Below are positions 29,647 through 44,531 of a stretch of DNA of 64,000 nt, one piece after another. The notes beneath the pieces were generated by a model. The model had not been told where the DNA came from. It did no database searches and saw only the letters and a program-made list of their open reading frames with translations. Source of the DNA: Amoebidium appalachense (taxonomy: Eukaryota > Protista > Ichthyosporea); NCBI GenBank assembly GCA_963693365.1, contig CAVNZM010000015.1, positions 682,001-746,000 on the forward strand. Reading direction: 5' to 3'. The position numbers and the translations under genes are program-made. The number at the start of each line of letters is the position of its first letter. The first letter of the stretch is position 1.

Positions 29647-32384
29647 AATTTAAACATGACCCACCAGAGCCGTGTACACACTGCTGTGGAACTTCGGAGG
29701 GCCCGGGTATATCGCAGACTGTTTGTTCAGGTGTATGTATATACGATCCCAGCGCACCTCTATACTAGCAACAGTGCTAAAGCTCACATTCCGGAGCGGG
29801 GACTTTAGCAGAGAGGGGTGGCAAACAAATTAGTACCAGCATACGGACGGATTGGTTGCATTATTCGGTCAAGCTCTAAAATCAACCACACATATAAAAG
29901 CCTAAAATCTACTTACACTAGTTAAACTCTTTATTTACAGATAATATTATTTAATATAAAAAGTTTTGTTGATTAACATGTTAGCTTGCATGTCAAATAT
30001 AGTATTTTTATTTTTGGTTGTAAAGACTTCGGCGACAATTGATTTTTCAGCCAATCAGCATATTTTGCACTAGCTCCAAACGCGGCGCGTTTATTAGATA
30101 CAAACTTCAACTGACCAATCGGAGGTGACGCCGGAAACTATGACGTAACATCCCATTTAGGAAATTGAGCGATTTGATTAGGGCGGAGGGAACGCCGGAA
30201 ATTCCTGCCAGCCTGGCTAGTATGCACATAGGGTGCCATGAGTTGTTTGTGTGAGTCACGACAATCACATCATGCCTGAGCGAGCGAGCATTCCTGGATA
30301 AATTTATCCCTGTCGGCCAATCGGTGGGGTCACGGCCACTCACTGGTTCCCCATAAACTTTGCTCATTTTGTCAACTATGTCTTTTTTTAACTTGGTTTA
30401 TTCCGGCATGGTTCTTCGTTGGAAAAAATAGGTCTTTCAACCAAGGGGGGTGTAAATATGCACAGCATAATTACTGTAGGCGGTAAGAAATAGAGTAAAT
30501 TTAGCCAATGGTAAGTGCATACCAAGATAACTGAGCAAATCCAGCAAAATCAATACATATTAATAATAATCAGCTTCAGCTGCAGCTGCACATGCTGTAC
30601 GCGTAAACAGGGCGCTTATGCAGAAAAAGACTATAATCCTTATTCACACAGAGTTGGTCTGGCTCCAATAAGCAATCAAAGAGTTTGAAAACAATGCAAC
30701 GAGCCCAAGAAAAAATCGCCTTGTCTGACTGCTGCTATAAAATGTGCGTCTTACAGACCATGTGCGAGACGCGAAGGAATGCGACCACTGAGCTAGGGGG
30801 ATTGTTCCCACCCTTGTTTTTCCTGCTTAATATGGAAGTTTTAAGCAGACATGATTGGCTCTTAAGTTTGCTACCAGGGTTGACAATTGTGCTGGTTGAA
30901 AGTCGGGCAGTCCTGATTCTTCCTGTATATTTCTCTTTTCTTCTATTCCGTTATTTCACACACAAATGTGTATACTGTAGGTAACTCTACCTCTGTCTTG
31001 ATATCGTATGTTCAATTTTTTTTTTCCTCCCTTTTTCCTTCTCACTCAAAGTTGCCAGCATGGGTTGGAAATTCGAACCCACCGAATCCGTTAGTTGTCC
31101 GAGTCACGCGCCGGACTGGTCACCGGCGGACCTTGCGAGTGGTTCAGGTGGTGTTGTAAGAAAGTATGATATGCCATGAATTCTGGAATATTTTTCCTAC
31201 CACTACGGTGGCACTACCTCTAAGATTTTGGCCACTTGCGAAAATCATGCCAGGTGGTGGTGTACGGTTTTTATGTCATACAAGTTCTGTCCAATCATTT
31301 TGACACCAAAAGTATGCTCCGATGGGGTTGATTGGTCCATGTTTATGCAATGGTGTGGGCTCAAGCAGATAAAATACGTTCGGTACTGGTTATGGTCGGT
31401 TGCTGCCGATGATTGGCTTAGCCTACCCTCGTTATCACCTACTTAGCGTTGCGATTGGGTAGAACAGGAATGTTAGAAAGTTTCTATACGTTTAGCGATT
31501 GCCTGTTTATCGTGAAAGCAAATCCGTTTTTTTACATACCACATTCCACCCGGCATGCCATCGATCTAGTTTGAATGTAGGCCTTCGTAAGTTATCGTAA
31601 CACCCCTCGTTGTTTTGGGTGGAATGCGGGTGCCTCCGGGTGGAATGCTGCTTAAAAAAAACCCGCTAAAAGCAACGTGGCAAAATAGAACGTTGATTCT
31701 CATATTTAGAAGTGGCCAATCATATCGCCTAGTTACACAAATCCCTGGATAAATAACGAATAACGTTGAGGTCCCTACATCACTACCTCTGCTTCGCAAC
31801 ATGGGCCTGGCAGCAAGGCCTCCTAATATGATAATTCGTTCACACACGTGTCTGCGTGCCACGTGTAACACATCAGCTTTGTGTCGGCACGAAATAATCC
31901 ATTTTTGTTTGTAATTCTTTGCTCCCCATGGAGGCCGTTCCCCCCAGGCCTTAGAGTGCAAACACTGGGCCCGAGAGTTCCTGGAGAATGCCCGGGCGTG
32001 ACCGGTGGCCATGGCAAGAACTGGCAGACTGGGGGGGCCGGGGGCAGATCTTTCGCGCCGCACACATACACACAGACAAGTTTGTACAATTAGAGACATC
32101 TAATCAATGCACAAACACATGTGCACAGGCCCACCTGCGCATGCCCGCACGCACATGCAGATACACTTCTACACTCAAGTACAAAAACGTACACATGCAA
32201 GTTGTAAACTCACCCACAATAAAACAGATAGCCAGGAGAGAGACAAACCCCATGCACTTTTAGGTGCACTCAGACAACCATGGCGCATGCACGCACACAT
32301 GTGACCCTGAACCCGACCACTGAGTATATGGCGTGCACGCAAGAGCGCTCACACCCACACCTTTTCTGGGGATCCGGACCATCG

Positions 32385-32464
<80 letters not shown>

Positions 32465-33470
32465 CTTCCCCCACCCCTCCCCACCCTCCTACATATCTGT
32501 AGCGTATGCACAAAGTGACCCTCCGAATTCTTCCCCTACATACTCCAAGTAATAGAACTCGTGCGTGGCGTGTTTCAAAAGCCTGACGGTCCGGAGTGGC
32601 GCGAAGCCTTTGTGCACGTGACACCGTCATCTGACGGTTGTGGAACAAAGCGTTCTTCTCTTGTAGTGAAGCTTTGCCGACGGTCTGGGTTGGAGCATGT
32701 TGCTCCAAATATATATTTAGCTATCTGCTCTATTTATAGAAGTCCGTGGTCGGTTCGTGTTCGTCTTGGAGGGAGGAGGAGAGCGGACGCCCGCTCGAGC
32801 TCAACAAACGCACGTAAGCCACATATGCACACGAGAGGCGTTTCCCAAAATATAGACCGTGTAATTATAAACCCAATCAATGATCATTCGTTCCGATGCC
32901 TCAGTTTACTCCGGCATCATCGGAGAGAAAGGACTACAGGACAAACATGTAAATAAGCCAATATTGTTTTGACTGCTGTAACAAATGAGCACATGGACAT
33001 ATGCACACATTTTCGCACAGCCCCCCCCCCCCCCCCCTCCCCCCCTTCCCCCCCCCCCCCCTTTCTCTCCACACCCCCCCCCCCCCCCCCCCCCCTAAAA
33101 AAAAACCTCCCCGCCCATTAAAAGAACCCACAGGGCAAGGGGGGGGGAAGGGGAGGGGGGAAGGGGGGGAAGGGGGGAGGTTTGGAGAGACGCATACACA
33201 CACCGTGCACCGTCACACGGACACACATACAAACCCACACACACACAGAATGTGATATCCACACGTGCACATACACACACACACAAACACACACAACCCC
33301 CCCCCCCCCCCCCCCCCCCCTCCCCCTCCCCCCCTCCCCCTCCCCCCTCCCCCCCCCCCCCCCCCCCCCACAACCCCAAAAAAGGACCCACACGTCAGGG
33401 GGAGAATGGGGGAGGGGTTGCCACACACACACACCGTGCACCGTGACCCGGCAGCAGACACACACACATA

Positions 33471-33507
<37 letters not shown>

Positions 33508-33672
33508 ACACACGTTGTGATACAGTGACAGACGAACACAAACACCGAATGTACACACAGATATATGCACATATTTTCGCACAGGAAGGTGCATAGTAGA
33601 GCCGGGGAGCCCCTGTCCGCGCACCGTGGGCCCATCAATATTATAAACCGATACACTCTTTCTTAGCCGGTT

Positions 33673-33882
<210 letters not shown>

Positions 33883-34415
33883 GGACAGGACACTCACTCA
33901 CCCACCCACACACACTGTAAACAGTTGGACTAGTTAGGATAAGGCAGAGTACAACTGAATCAAAATAAAGACAGAGAACGGGTAGAAAGGCACACGCGGC
34001 CAGGTTGCTTTTACTATGGGCCGACTCAGTCTGTCTCAGACTGAAGTGAAGTGATCCCCGTACTGATATGGCTTTATTACATATATAGCCCTCAGGTTTC
34101 TGATCAAGGCCCAGAATTAGTTCATCCGCGGCCAGCGCGGGTGGCAACATGCCATTCGTGATTCTGGTGCGGTCCGAGCCAGTCAGACCTTCGTCCTATT
34201 TATGCAAACACCTTATTGGTTCACTTCGTTTATGTGGTATGCAGCAATAGAATCATATATGGTTCAATTCTCAGGTCAGAGTGAGTCCTATTGGTGCGGA
34301 CATAATATTATGTGATATTCATGACAAAGCACGAATCGTGTGCTAGTAGATCACATTCTTTAGTAAACATGTACAGTTCATGTGTACAGTTGTTTACACA
34401 CACACACTGGGTCCC

Positions 34416-34468
<53 letters not shown>

Positions 34469-35032
34469 ACACATATACACATTGACTTTTTCGGTCTGCT
34501 GGTAACGAAGCAAAAGCTTCCGCAGGACTTCAAGCTAATCAGAAAAGAATTATGATCTGCTGCACATAAGGGCTTTTCTTGCGCACAGCCTAATAATAAT
34601 AATACTAGACTAGACTACTTATAAGTAGGGAAGCCACAGTCCCCCCTCCGAATCCTCCCGTCCCCACCCCCCCACCCCGTCCCCCTTCCCCGTTCTCTTA
34701 TTTTCCCCCCAGCCTCGGTAGCCCTAGAACCTAAATTTCTTTCAAAAAAAAAAAACTAGTACTAATTATCTTATAGGTCAATAATCTTAATCCTGAATGA
34801 CCCCTGTACACGTGTCACCTTGGCCACAGCCTGTCACCAAACCCCCCCCCCCCCCTCCTCCTCCTCCCCGCCCCCCTCCCCCTCTCCCCCCAGGCCCTCG
34901 TCCCCTCTCTTCCCCTCGCTCCCCAAGAAAAAAAGAAAGAAAGGACGAGATAATGAAATGAAATGATGTGCATTAGAGCACATTGCTTTCCCTCCCCCCC
35001 ACCCCCACCCCCCCACCCCCCCCACCCCTCTC

Positions 35033-35083
<51 letters not shown>

Positions 35084-35101
35084 TCCCCCTCCTCTCCCCC
35101 T

Positions 35102-35136
<35 letters not shown>

Positions 35137-35606
35137 CCCCCCCCGCCAAAAAAAAAAAAAAGAACGAAAGAATGAAATTTAAATGAAATGATGTATTTTT
35201 GATCACTTATTCTAAATTTAGAGTCCGGCAGGCCCCCCTGTCGGAGTGAGTTCGTGTTCGTATTGGTAGGGGGCCTGCTGTGACGGCTCCGGTTCTGACA
35301 GCACACGTGCGCGGTCGTTCAGTGTCAAGGTCATAAGGAGGAACCAACTTAAAGAGCAAAAAACACATAGCCTGATTATTATTTGCACTGCTGATCTTAT
35401 GTCCATACACACCTGCAGCCACAGATAGATAAATGGAGTCGGTGTAGGCCTGAAAGAAACATACGTAGGGTTGCTTACATACACTGTACTGTAGCACACG
35501 GTAGAAGCGTCGAAGTCGCCGAGAAAATTTCGACTGCAGGAGACGACTTTGCGTCTTTCCTTTTCGCCCTATTCATTATATGTGGTCTTTTGCGCCTCCG
35601 TTTCAG

Positions 35607-36139
35607 CTCCGACCGTGACGAACACCATGAGCGCACTAGTGGATACCAGTTTGAGCTTCTTGGGGCGCCCTACCCCCCAGAATACGTGCACCTTACAGAC
35701 CCGATTCAGGCACGTGTGGGGGACCGTGTGAAACTGTATGCGTGGGCGATTTGTACTCTCAGGACAGTATTTCCAGGCGCTTCCAGGATGGTACAGACGT
35801 TTTCACGGCGACTGAAAAAGATATTCGTCGTTACAACCCTGTCAAGGTACTGTAATGAATAGTAACCCTTTACCCTACCACGGTGTTTGGTCGTTATCCC
35901 TAACCCTTCCCAGGCAGCATTGTAGCTATAGTCTGTGGTCCGCCTGGACACGAAATTCGGTACCAGCCTGTCAGACCTGCACACAGTCTCGCTGAGTGTT
36001 CTATATTTTCTGCAGCTGCAATTAGTTTATGCTCGCACAAGAACAGCCATTAGTCTTCAAGTCCATCTGCATCTGGGGTGTATTCCGATGGGGTGTGTGT
36101 GTTTGCGTGTGTGTACGTGCTTGTGGAGAGGACCGTGCG

Positions 36140-36197
<58 letters not shown>

Positions 36198-36394
36198 CGT
36201 GTGCGTGTGCGTGTGTGGTGGTGGTGGTGGTGGTTGGGGGGGGGGGGGGGGGAGGGAGGGGGAGGGGGAGGGGAAGGGGAGGGGAGGGGGGGGAAAGGCG
36301 GAGGGGCATGGTGGTGGTGGTGGCTGTGGTGGTGTATGCGTGTGAGTGGGTGTGTGGAGAGGGGAGGGTGTGTGTGTGTGTGTGTGTGTGGTGA

Positions 36395-36434
<40 letters not shown>

Positions 36435-36875
36435 TAATAGCAGCTTCGGATTGCAATTAGGCTGGGGTTGGGGAAAGTGGTGAGGAAGGCCCTCTCTTTG
36501 TTGGATTTGATATGTTCAATGCACACATGTAGGCAGAGTATCTGACAGATTGAGCACACATGATAATCAGTAACCTAGGCTGTGTAACACTGCCCCCCCG
36601 CCCCCGCCCCCCCCCCCCCCCCCCCCCCCCCCCCACCCCGAACCCCCCCCCCCCCACCCCCCCACCCCGAACCCCCCCCCCCCCCCCCCCAACCCCCCGC
36701 CCCCCTCCCCCTAGGGCCTACACACACGCGTGCGCAAACACACATACACACCTCCCTCTTTCCCCCTCCCCCCCCCCTCCCCCCCCCCCCTCCCCCCCCC
36801 CCCTCCCCCTCCCCCCCCCCCCCCCCCCCCCCCCCTCCCTTACACACACACACACGCAAACACCACAAACACACC

Positions 36876-36913
<38 letters not shown>

Positions 36914-37251
36914 ATCCCACCCCACCCCCTTCTGTCCATCTCCCCCCGAGGCCCCCATTCGTTGCTTTCAGTGACACGGCGATTCATGTGAGTGCACGGA
37001 TCATAGTGTTCATGGTTCTGCATATTTCGAATTCCATGCACATTTTTTCAAGTCGAGCATATGGACAAGTTGCACATCTGTATACCTTAAGTCTTTGTGT
37101 GCAAGGATACTGTGATCAGGTCCTGACTGTGGGATTTTTTTTTTCTTTTTTTTGGCAGGTGTACTTTGACTCCACCTATGGCAAGTACAGATCTTTGGAC
37201 AACCGCCGTCTCTTTGAGGGACAAGAGGCTCGACATGGTGATGGATGTTGA
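35607..37251 (+). CDS. Fragment of a plus-strand spliced gene; possible Tudor/SH3-like small domain
   Basis: Exons 35607-35735, 35777-35846 and 37159-37251 join in frame to ...[66 protein letters not shown]. 5' exons not resolved. The domain call is resemblance by eye only. Confidence 0.35.
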
Positions 37252-37342
37252 CGTCATCGAGAGGCCCAGGGGGGCGCTTGCTCGGGTCACAAACCCAACC
37301 GGACAGACCGTTCGTGTGCGGAGCTTCTAGCAGTATCGGTTG

Positions 37343-37602
37343 CCTAATATGGCTACTGTTACCTTATATGGCTACTGTTACCTTATATGGCTACTGTTAC
37401 CTTATATGGCTACTGTTACCTTATATGGCTACTGTTACCTTATATGGCTACTCTTGCCTTATATGGATACCTTGATACGGTTGCGTTGTACGGCCATCGT
37501 GCCTTACAACGATACATATGCATATGGCTCCGTTGTATGGCTGGTCTGTCTTAAATGGATACATACAGTTGTGTTGTATGGCTGCTCTTGCCTTATATGG
37601 TT
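37343..37602. repeat. 19-bp minisatellite CCTTATATGGCTACTGTTA (each unit contains a CArG box)
   Basis: Near-perfect tandem units at 37343-37468 followed by degenerate units. Confidence 0.9.
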
Positions 37603-38611
37603 CTCTTCTCTATCCAACCTGTCCCCTCCTCACCTCTCCCCTCTTTCCTTCCCTCTCTCTCTCCTTCTCTCCCGGGCACAAATACAAATAAACGCCGCAA
37701 AAGTGTGCGTGTGACTTTGGACTGCCACTTACTTATTAGACATGTACACAATCACAAGATCATTACGCAATATAACAAATGGAAAAAGATACCATACGAC
37801 ACCAGACCCGATGAAAGCATACACCTTGAAAAACTAAGCCTTATGCCTCGTTTTATATATAATGATTGCCTTAACCATATTGCCAAATATGGCACTCGCA
37901 AGTGCGTAACACCTAAATACATATTACCTTCCTGTAGAATTGGTCTTTCTCTAGCTGATGGTATTATTGATCACATACCACGCTTTTACTGTACACGTGC
38001 TATACAGTGGAGATCTAATAAGTATAAGGCGGCACCGTTTGCATGCCCAAACAACACACACACACACCAGTTTAAACGGTCATGTATCGCCAAATGTAGG
38101 TTGATAGACCACATAATACCGCAACACACACGTCACATTCACAACAGACACCCAGAAAGATAGCCTACCTGAAAATTACAACATCCTTGATTTTATACTA
38201 AACACGCGTAACTACGACCTGTTTATTGGATGTATTGATTGGCTTGAGAAACACATCATTACAAAATTCTAGAGCGCGCGCGCGCGCGTACACACACACA
38301 CACACGTGGCACACACACACACACACACACGCACACACACACACATACACACAACCAGCTGATACCGAGTGTCCCAGGGGAGCCCGAAAAAAAAACAAAA
38401 AAAAAAAACAAAAAAAAAAAAACGGGAACCCCAACTAATTGATTTTTCTTAGTCTTTATGGTGTCTCGTAGAGAAAGTAAGCCCTGATATATAATCATCA
38501 CCCGACATCTATGTACGTGATCATGATATACCGCTGAGGGGATATTCCGAGCAAAAACCCCCCATACCCGAGACTGGTCTCTCTTGGCCTCGAGTAAACA
38601 GCGTAAACCCC

Positions 38612-38962
38612 CATACATACAGCTGCGTTGTATGGCTGCTCTTGCCTTATATGGATACATACGGCTGCATTGTATGGCTGCTCTTGCCATGATTTTTATT
38701 AGTATTTGATCAAGTTTTGTTTGAGCTAAACCACATTCACACACCTACTTATTAGTACAAATTTTGCCCAGGGTTACTACCCCAGCCACGCCGGCAAGAG
38801 GTGTTGCCTTATATGATACATACGGTTGTTGTTTTATGGCTATTGTTGCCTTATATGGATACACATGGTTGCGTCGTATGGCTACTGTTGCCTTATATGA
38901 CTACAATTGCCTTATATGGCCACACTTGCCTTTTATGGCTACTGTTTCCTGATATGGCTATA
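38612..38962. repeat. Second, degenerate array of the same GCCTTATATGG-containing repeat
   Basis: Repeated TATGGCT(A/G)CT(G/C)TTGCCTTATATGGATACA(T/C)A units. Confidence 0.8.
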
Positions 38963-39399
38963 TTTTGTGTTATATGCCAACCATGGGCCTATATCCCACT
39001 ACTACAGCTGTGATTTGGATTAACAATGGGCTGGCTAGCCAAGACATTTGTACCTACGTCTATTGTCTCGTTGACAAGCCCCAATAAATCATGGTGAAAG
39101 GTTTGGGGAACTCCCCCCTTTCCCCCCCCCCCCCCCCCTCCCCCCCCCCCCCCCCCCCCCTTATCCCCTTACCCCCTGCCGCAGCACCACACACGCACGC
39201 ATGCACGCGCGCGCACACACACACGGTGGCACACACACACACACACACACAAGGTGTCACACACACGCGCGTGCGCACGCACACGCACACGCGCAAGCAC
39301 GCACACGAGCACGCGTGCATGCGCACACACGTGCACATACACACATGCGTGCACACACACACACACACGCACACACACACACACGCACGCACACACACG

Positions 39400-39431
<32 letters not shown>

Positions 39432-40993
39432 CAAACACCACATACGAATACCCACACACACATAACCCAAACCCAACATATCAGTCACGTGCCTCGACAC
39501 CAACAGTTAATAAAGTTTACGCTTCAGTCAAATACAAAGAACTCATGCAAGCTGCTCATAGTATAGCCTGGGTCGTGTTTCCGGATTTGGGTGTCCAAGT
39601 TGTTAGTGGACGCCACTGTGTGTGCGTGTGACACGTGGGTGGGGTGTGGGTGTGGGTGTGGCCATGGGTGTTATCTGTGTACAGTAGGCGCGGGGATGGG
39701 CATGCTTGGGAATATTGTGGCTCAGCTCGCGAGCACATGTATCATATGATACGCAGATGTGCACGTGTGTGTGTGTGTTTGTTTGGGTTGGGGGCTAGGG
39801 GAGGGGAGGGGAGGGGGGGGAGAAAGAGGGGGAGGGAGGAGGGGGGAGGGGCGGGGGAGAGGGAGGGGGGGGGGGGACGAAAGGGTTATTTCTCTCAATT
39901 GCAAACGACCAAGCGTATGTACACTTCTCATCGTGTATCATCCCCGCGCTAGCAATTTACACGCGATATAAACAGGCAAAAACAGGCATACCTCATGATA
40001 ACACATGTATGTGGTGGTGGTGGTGAGAAGTAGAGGGGGGGGGGAGGGGGGGGGGGGGATTGGAAGGGAATTTTGGTTAAACGGGCAACATATCGATGTA
40101 GATGTTGCAATTGCAAAGTACACACAAAGGGAGGGGGAGGGGAGGGGGGGGGGGGGGGGGGGGGGAAGCGGGATGGATTCGGGGATGAGAGAGGGAATGG
40201 AGGGGCACGGGTAGAACCCAGGTGGGGGTGTGGGGGTGGGGGGGGGGGGAGGGGGGGGGGGGGGGGGGGACTAAAGGGTATTTTCACCCACATAACACGC
40301 ACACACACACACTAGAAAGAGGCGGAATACATAGGTTTTCGGACAAACATGTAACCGGACAATATGCAGCAGGTAGGGACACTGATCACCAATCTGCCAA
40401 TCAAGCCCCTATGCACTTTATTAGACTGTAGTGGCCAAATCCGGTAGGAAATGGGTACATGATGTATATGTAAAGGCCTGTATATAAGAACCCAACATAC
40501 CCATAATCCTAATGGATAAACTACGAAGAATATACAAAATGCCACTTTTAAACGGCCCAAAATAAGGAAACGATATATGGTACCTCTTGCTAAATACACG
40601 AAAATAAGGGCACCACAACTTTGAAATTAGAAATAGGTGATTTGTGCACTGCACAAAAGCAAACCCATTTCCTCGCCACAATAACCGAAATATGTGCATC
40701 CAACACAGGACTTACATAGTAGTCACACAACATGTTGTCCTTTTTGGATGTATAAGCGGGTTACATGTATATAATATTCTCTACTCAATATAACACTGCT
40801 TGTCACATCAATCGTACAACAATATGGAGAACTCATTGGCTCCGAATCTCAAATTGCGTCCTAAATCGGGTAATCGGCAGATCTCTGAGATTCGATTACC
40901 CATAAAAGGTGTTGATGCGCTCACGCGTTGAACTGGTATCCACCCTCGAATTTCTTCCTGTAAGTGTAGCGAAATTTCAGCAAATGTTCAAGG

Positions 40994-41182
40994 GTATACG
41001 TGCATGCAAGAGTATACGTGCATGCAAATTCCTTTTGCAAAAGAGTGCCCCCCCCCCCCCCCCCCCCCCCCCTCCCCCCCTTAACGTGCATGCAAATTCC
41101 TTGTGCAAAAGAGTACCCCCCCCCCCCCCCTCTCCCTTAACGTGCATGCAAATTCCTTGTGCAAAAGAGTATACGTGCATGC
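40994..41182. repeat. Tandem repeat ACGTGCATGCAAATTCCTTGTGCAAAAGAGT interleaved with poly-C
   Basis: Three long and several partial copies are visible. Confidence 0.8.
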
Positions 41183-41549
41183 CAACTGTTTGTCCAATGC
41201 GAGGTGGTGTTTAAGTGTGTGTCAAAGAAAACGTGTCATGGTATATGTGAGTGGCAGCATATGATTTTGAATAAATGCATGTATGACACTGAGCGCAAGT
41301 GTTTTTAGATGCACGCGAACACATACTCGTTCTTGGTGTGTAGCTTTACGTTGAGTGGAAAAGCAGTTATGGGGGAGGATAAAAGCAAAAGGGGCGAAGA
41401 GGGGTAAAAAGCGGGAATGAGGAGACAGTGATGATAAGAAACAAAGACTGACAGAAAACGTCAATGAGGAAGAAGGCAAGAAAATGACATGGGTTATAAG
41501 AAAATCGGAGATTAACCTTTTTCTTTTGGGGGTGGGTGGGTGGGTGGGT

Positions 41550-41585
<36 letters not shown>

Positions 41586-41647
41586 GAAGTGTTTGTGTGT
41601 GCGTGTGCATTCGCGAGTACATGTGTTTGCGTAAAAGTATGTGCTTA

Positions 41648-41685
<38 letters not shown>

Positions 41686-41858
41686 GTGTACGTGTGTAGG
41701 TGTACGTGTGTGTGCCAAGTGTGTGTCTGTGTGAAAGGTAGGAACGGGGGTGGGGGGGGAGAGGGGGGGTGGGGAGAGGGGGGTGCGGGGAGGGAGGGGG
41801 ATAGGGTGGGTTGGGTGTGTGTGTGTGGGGAGGGGGGGGGGGGGGGGGGGGGGGGGAC

Positions 41859-42982
41859 TTACTGAGCATAGGGCTGTCTGGTGTCTCTGGTTTGACGTTC
41901 GGCCTGAGTGAGAATGGTAATGGACCGAACCTCACGCTTCATGCCGTAGTAGTGCTCAAACATGCTGGGACGGAGCTGTGTGTGTATGTGTGTGTGCGTG
42001 TGTGTGCGTGTGCGTGTGTGTGTGCGCGCGTGTGTATGTGTGTGTGCACGTGTGCCCACACACGCATGTGCATGTATGAATGTGCTTGGGGTTGGGTGAA
42101 CATGTAAGTAAATGTGTGTTTGTAAGTGGGTAAATATCACGTGCTGGTCGCTGATGTGATTGGGCGAGTGTATGGGCAAAAGATGCTCACAGGGCTGCAT
42201 AACCGAAAGCAATGAAATTCCCCGATGATCCGGCCCATTATTTACTCATATATCTATTGATCTATCAATGAATCCCTGTGTGTGTGCCAACTCAAAGGCC
42301 CATATCCATCCACTCACGAGTCTCAATCATTCCTGCTGGTATAGACCAACCACCGCCTCCCATTTTAACGTCTGGGCAGAGAGCACCCGAGAGCCACATT
42401 CCTCAGATGATTCTCACCAACCAGGAGACGTGATCTAAATGTGTCACATTGCCGAATGTCGACATACAACCACGGCAGCCCAGCCACACGGCTGCGTGAA
42501 AATGTGCCCAGAATGACGTCATGAATGTCGTTTGCCGCCCAACCCGTAAAATGGAAGAAGCGGTGGTTGTGGTATAGGGCATCTGAGCCAATAACCGTTT
42601 TCTCGCCCGATCTATGTAACATCTCAGCTCCCAATAGAGATAAACGGGTACTTTCTTTTTGCCGGAGGAAGAATATATTGTAGATCTTCAGTTTATAAAA
42701 TAAAAACAGCGCTTTTAGTCTAAATTATTAGCAAATACATCAAAAGCAAATGTCGGAGCAACATCTAAACATCTACAATTATGGTCATGCATGCACAAAA
42801 AACATGTAAGAACGAAATGAAGTATAAGATGGTTGATCGGGATGGACTTACGCTCAGAACCGCAGAAATGATGTTGGAAGAACGGACGGGAGTCTCGATC
42901 AGAGGAATCTCTTTCTGGTGGGCATCGAAAATGGGAACCTTGCGGCGCACAAGACCCTCGGCAGCGTACACCTGTGTGTGTG

Positions 42983-43018
<36 letters not shown>

Positions 43019-44498
43019 CTGTGTGTGTGTGTGTGTGTGTGTATCTCGTGTGCAAGGATGTGACCTTACGTGCATGTGGTTGTGTGCGCACATCAAAAAA
43101 CACCAGTGGGGTGGGTTGATATGTAAGCGGCTGTGTTTGTGTTCTACATGGGCTCATTGGTGCAGACATGTGCACACCTGTTTTTTGTGCATGTGTGCGT
43201 GCTCGGGAGGTGACCGAGTCTAAGCAAATTGACACGCGGGAAGGGAGCAAACCAAGGCGAGGTTGGGTGGGTTGGAGAGTGGAAAGCAAGAGAATCCCAA
43301 AGAACCTGCTCCAACACACAAACGTATAGCGACCGCAACGCCAGGATGTTAAAAAATGGGCAAAGGGAGGAATGGACTCCCTTGTTCTTATAAGTGAAAC
43401 CGCAATCCTTGTGCAGGTGTAGGGTGTGTGTGTATTTAGGGATCTGGAAAAGGCACACACGTATATGTGAGCACCTGGTGGGCTGCAGCCATGCCAGTCA
43501 CGTGACCCGTCTATTTTTACCTTCTGGTCCCATTGGCAGTCGAACTTGGTGACCTCCTTCTTTGCGCGGTAGAACATGCGTTGCCCGGCCATCACATAGT
43601 CCGTCCCCTCAAGATCGGTGCCTGATTGGGCGGGGGAAAATCGTATTAGCCTTATATGGGTAGATTTTGCCCCACAGCCTGACAGTCACACATATGTTAT
43701 TGGAGGTGACGGGCATACATGTGGTTGCCTGTCAGAGCTCAAAATCCGCTACAGTTTGCATGCGCCCATAAAAAGACAACTGTGACCCCTAGGCTTTACA
43801 ATGGCAAGAAACAAAACTGGTGGTAATGGCCTGGGAGCGGAAAGGAAATGTGTTAAAGCATGAAGTATACATTTATGACGGACAGCACAATGCAGAGTCA
43901 AACTACACAAGGAGCATGCACAAAAAACAGAGCCCATTCTTAACCTCTTGAGGACCGTAAATTTCACAAGATCGAAAAAGAGAGGTCACCAGCACGGAGA
44001 CGACCAAGTTTGTGCTCTAATGCGAACATGAAGTTGATAGGAACTAACCAAATCAAAGTTGCATGAGATTAGAACACTTATCCTTCGTCTTATGCAAAAA
44101 AAATTGAACTTTACTCTAATAGCGATACATTGTATATGGTGTAGCTACAAGGGGTGCCGGCTTGACGAGTCAATGACGACATCGAAATGCTGTCAATGCA
44201 ATCTTCTGATCGGACCATTGTAAAAATGGCTCAAAAAAACATGATTGGCCGGCTCAGTCGACAAAAGTCATTTCAGAAACAGATATAAAAGTATATGAAA
44301 AATTGATAATTTTCTCTAATTATCTTAGTAAAGTGTGTAGGTAAGACATATACCTGTCGGCATATGCAATTTATTTGAGCTTTTTCTATCGATTTTGAGC
44401 TGCAATAGAGTTGTTTAAGTCCCAACCGGGACCCGGTAGAATTAATTAGGCCGGTCCTCAACAGGTTAAATGGGGGGTGGGGAGGGAAGGAGGGGGAA

Positions 44499-44531
<33 letters not shown>

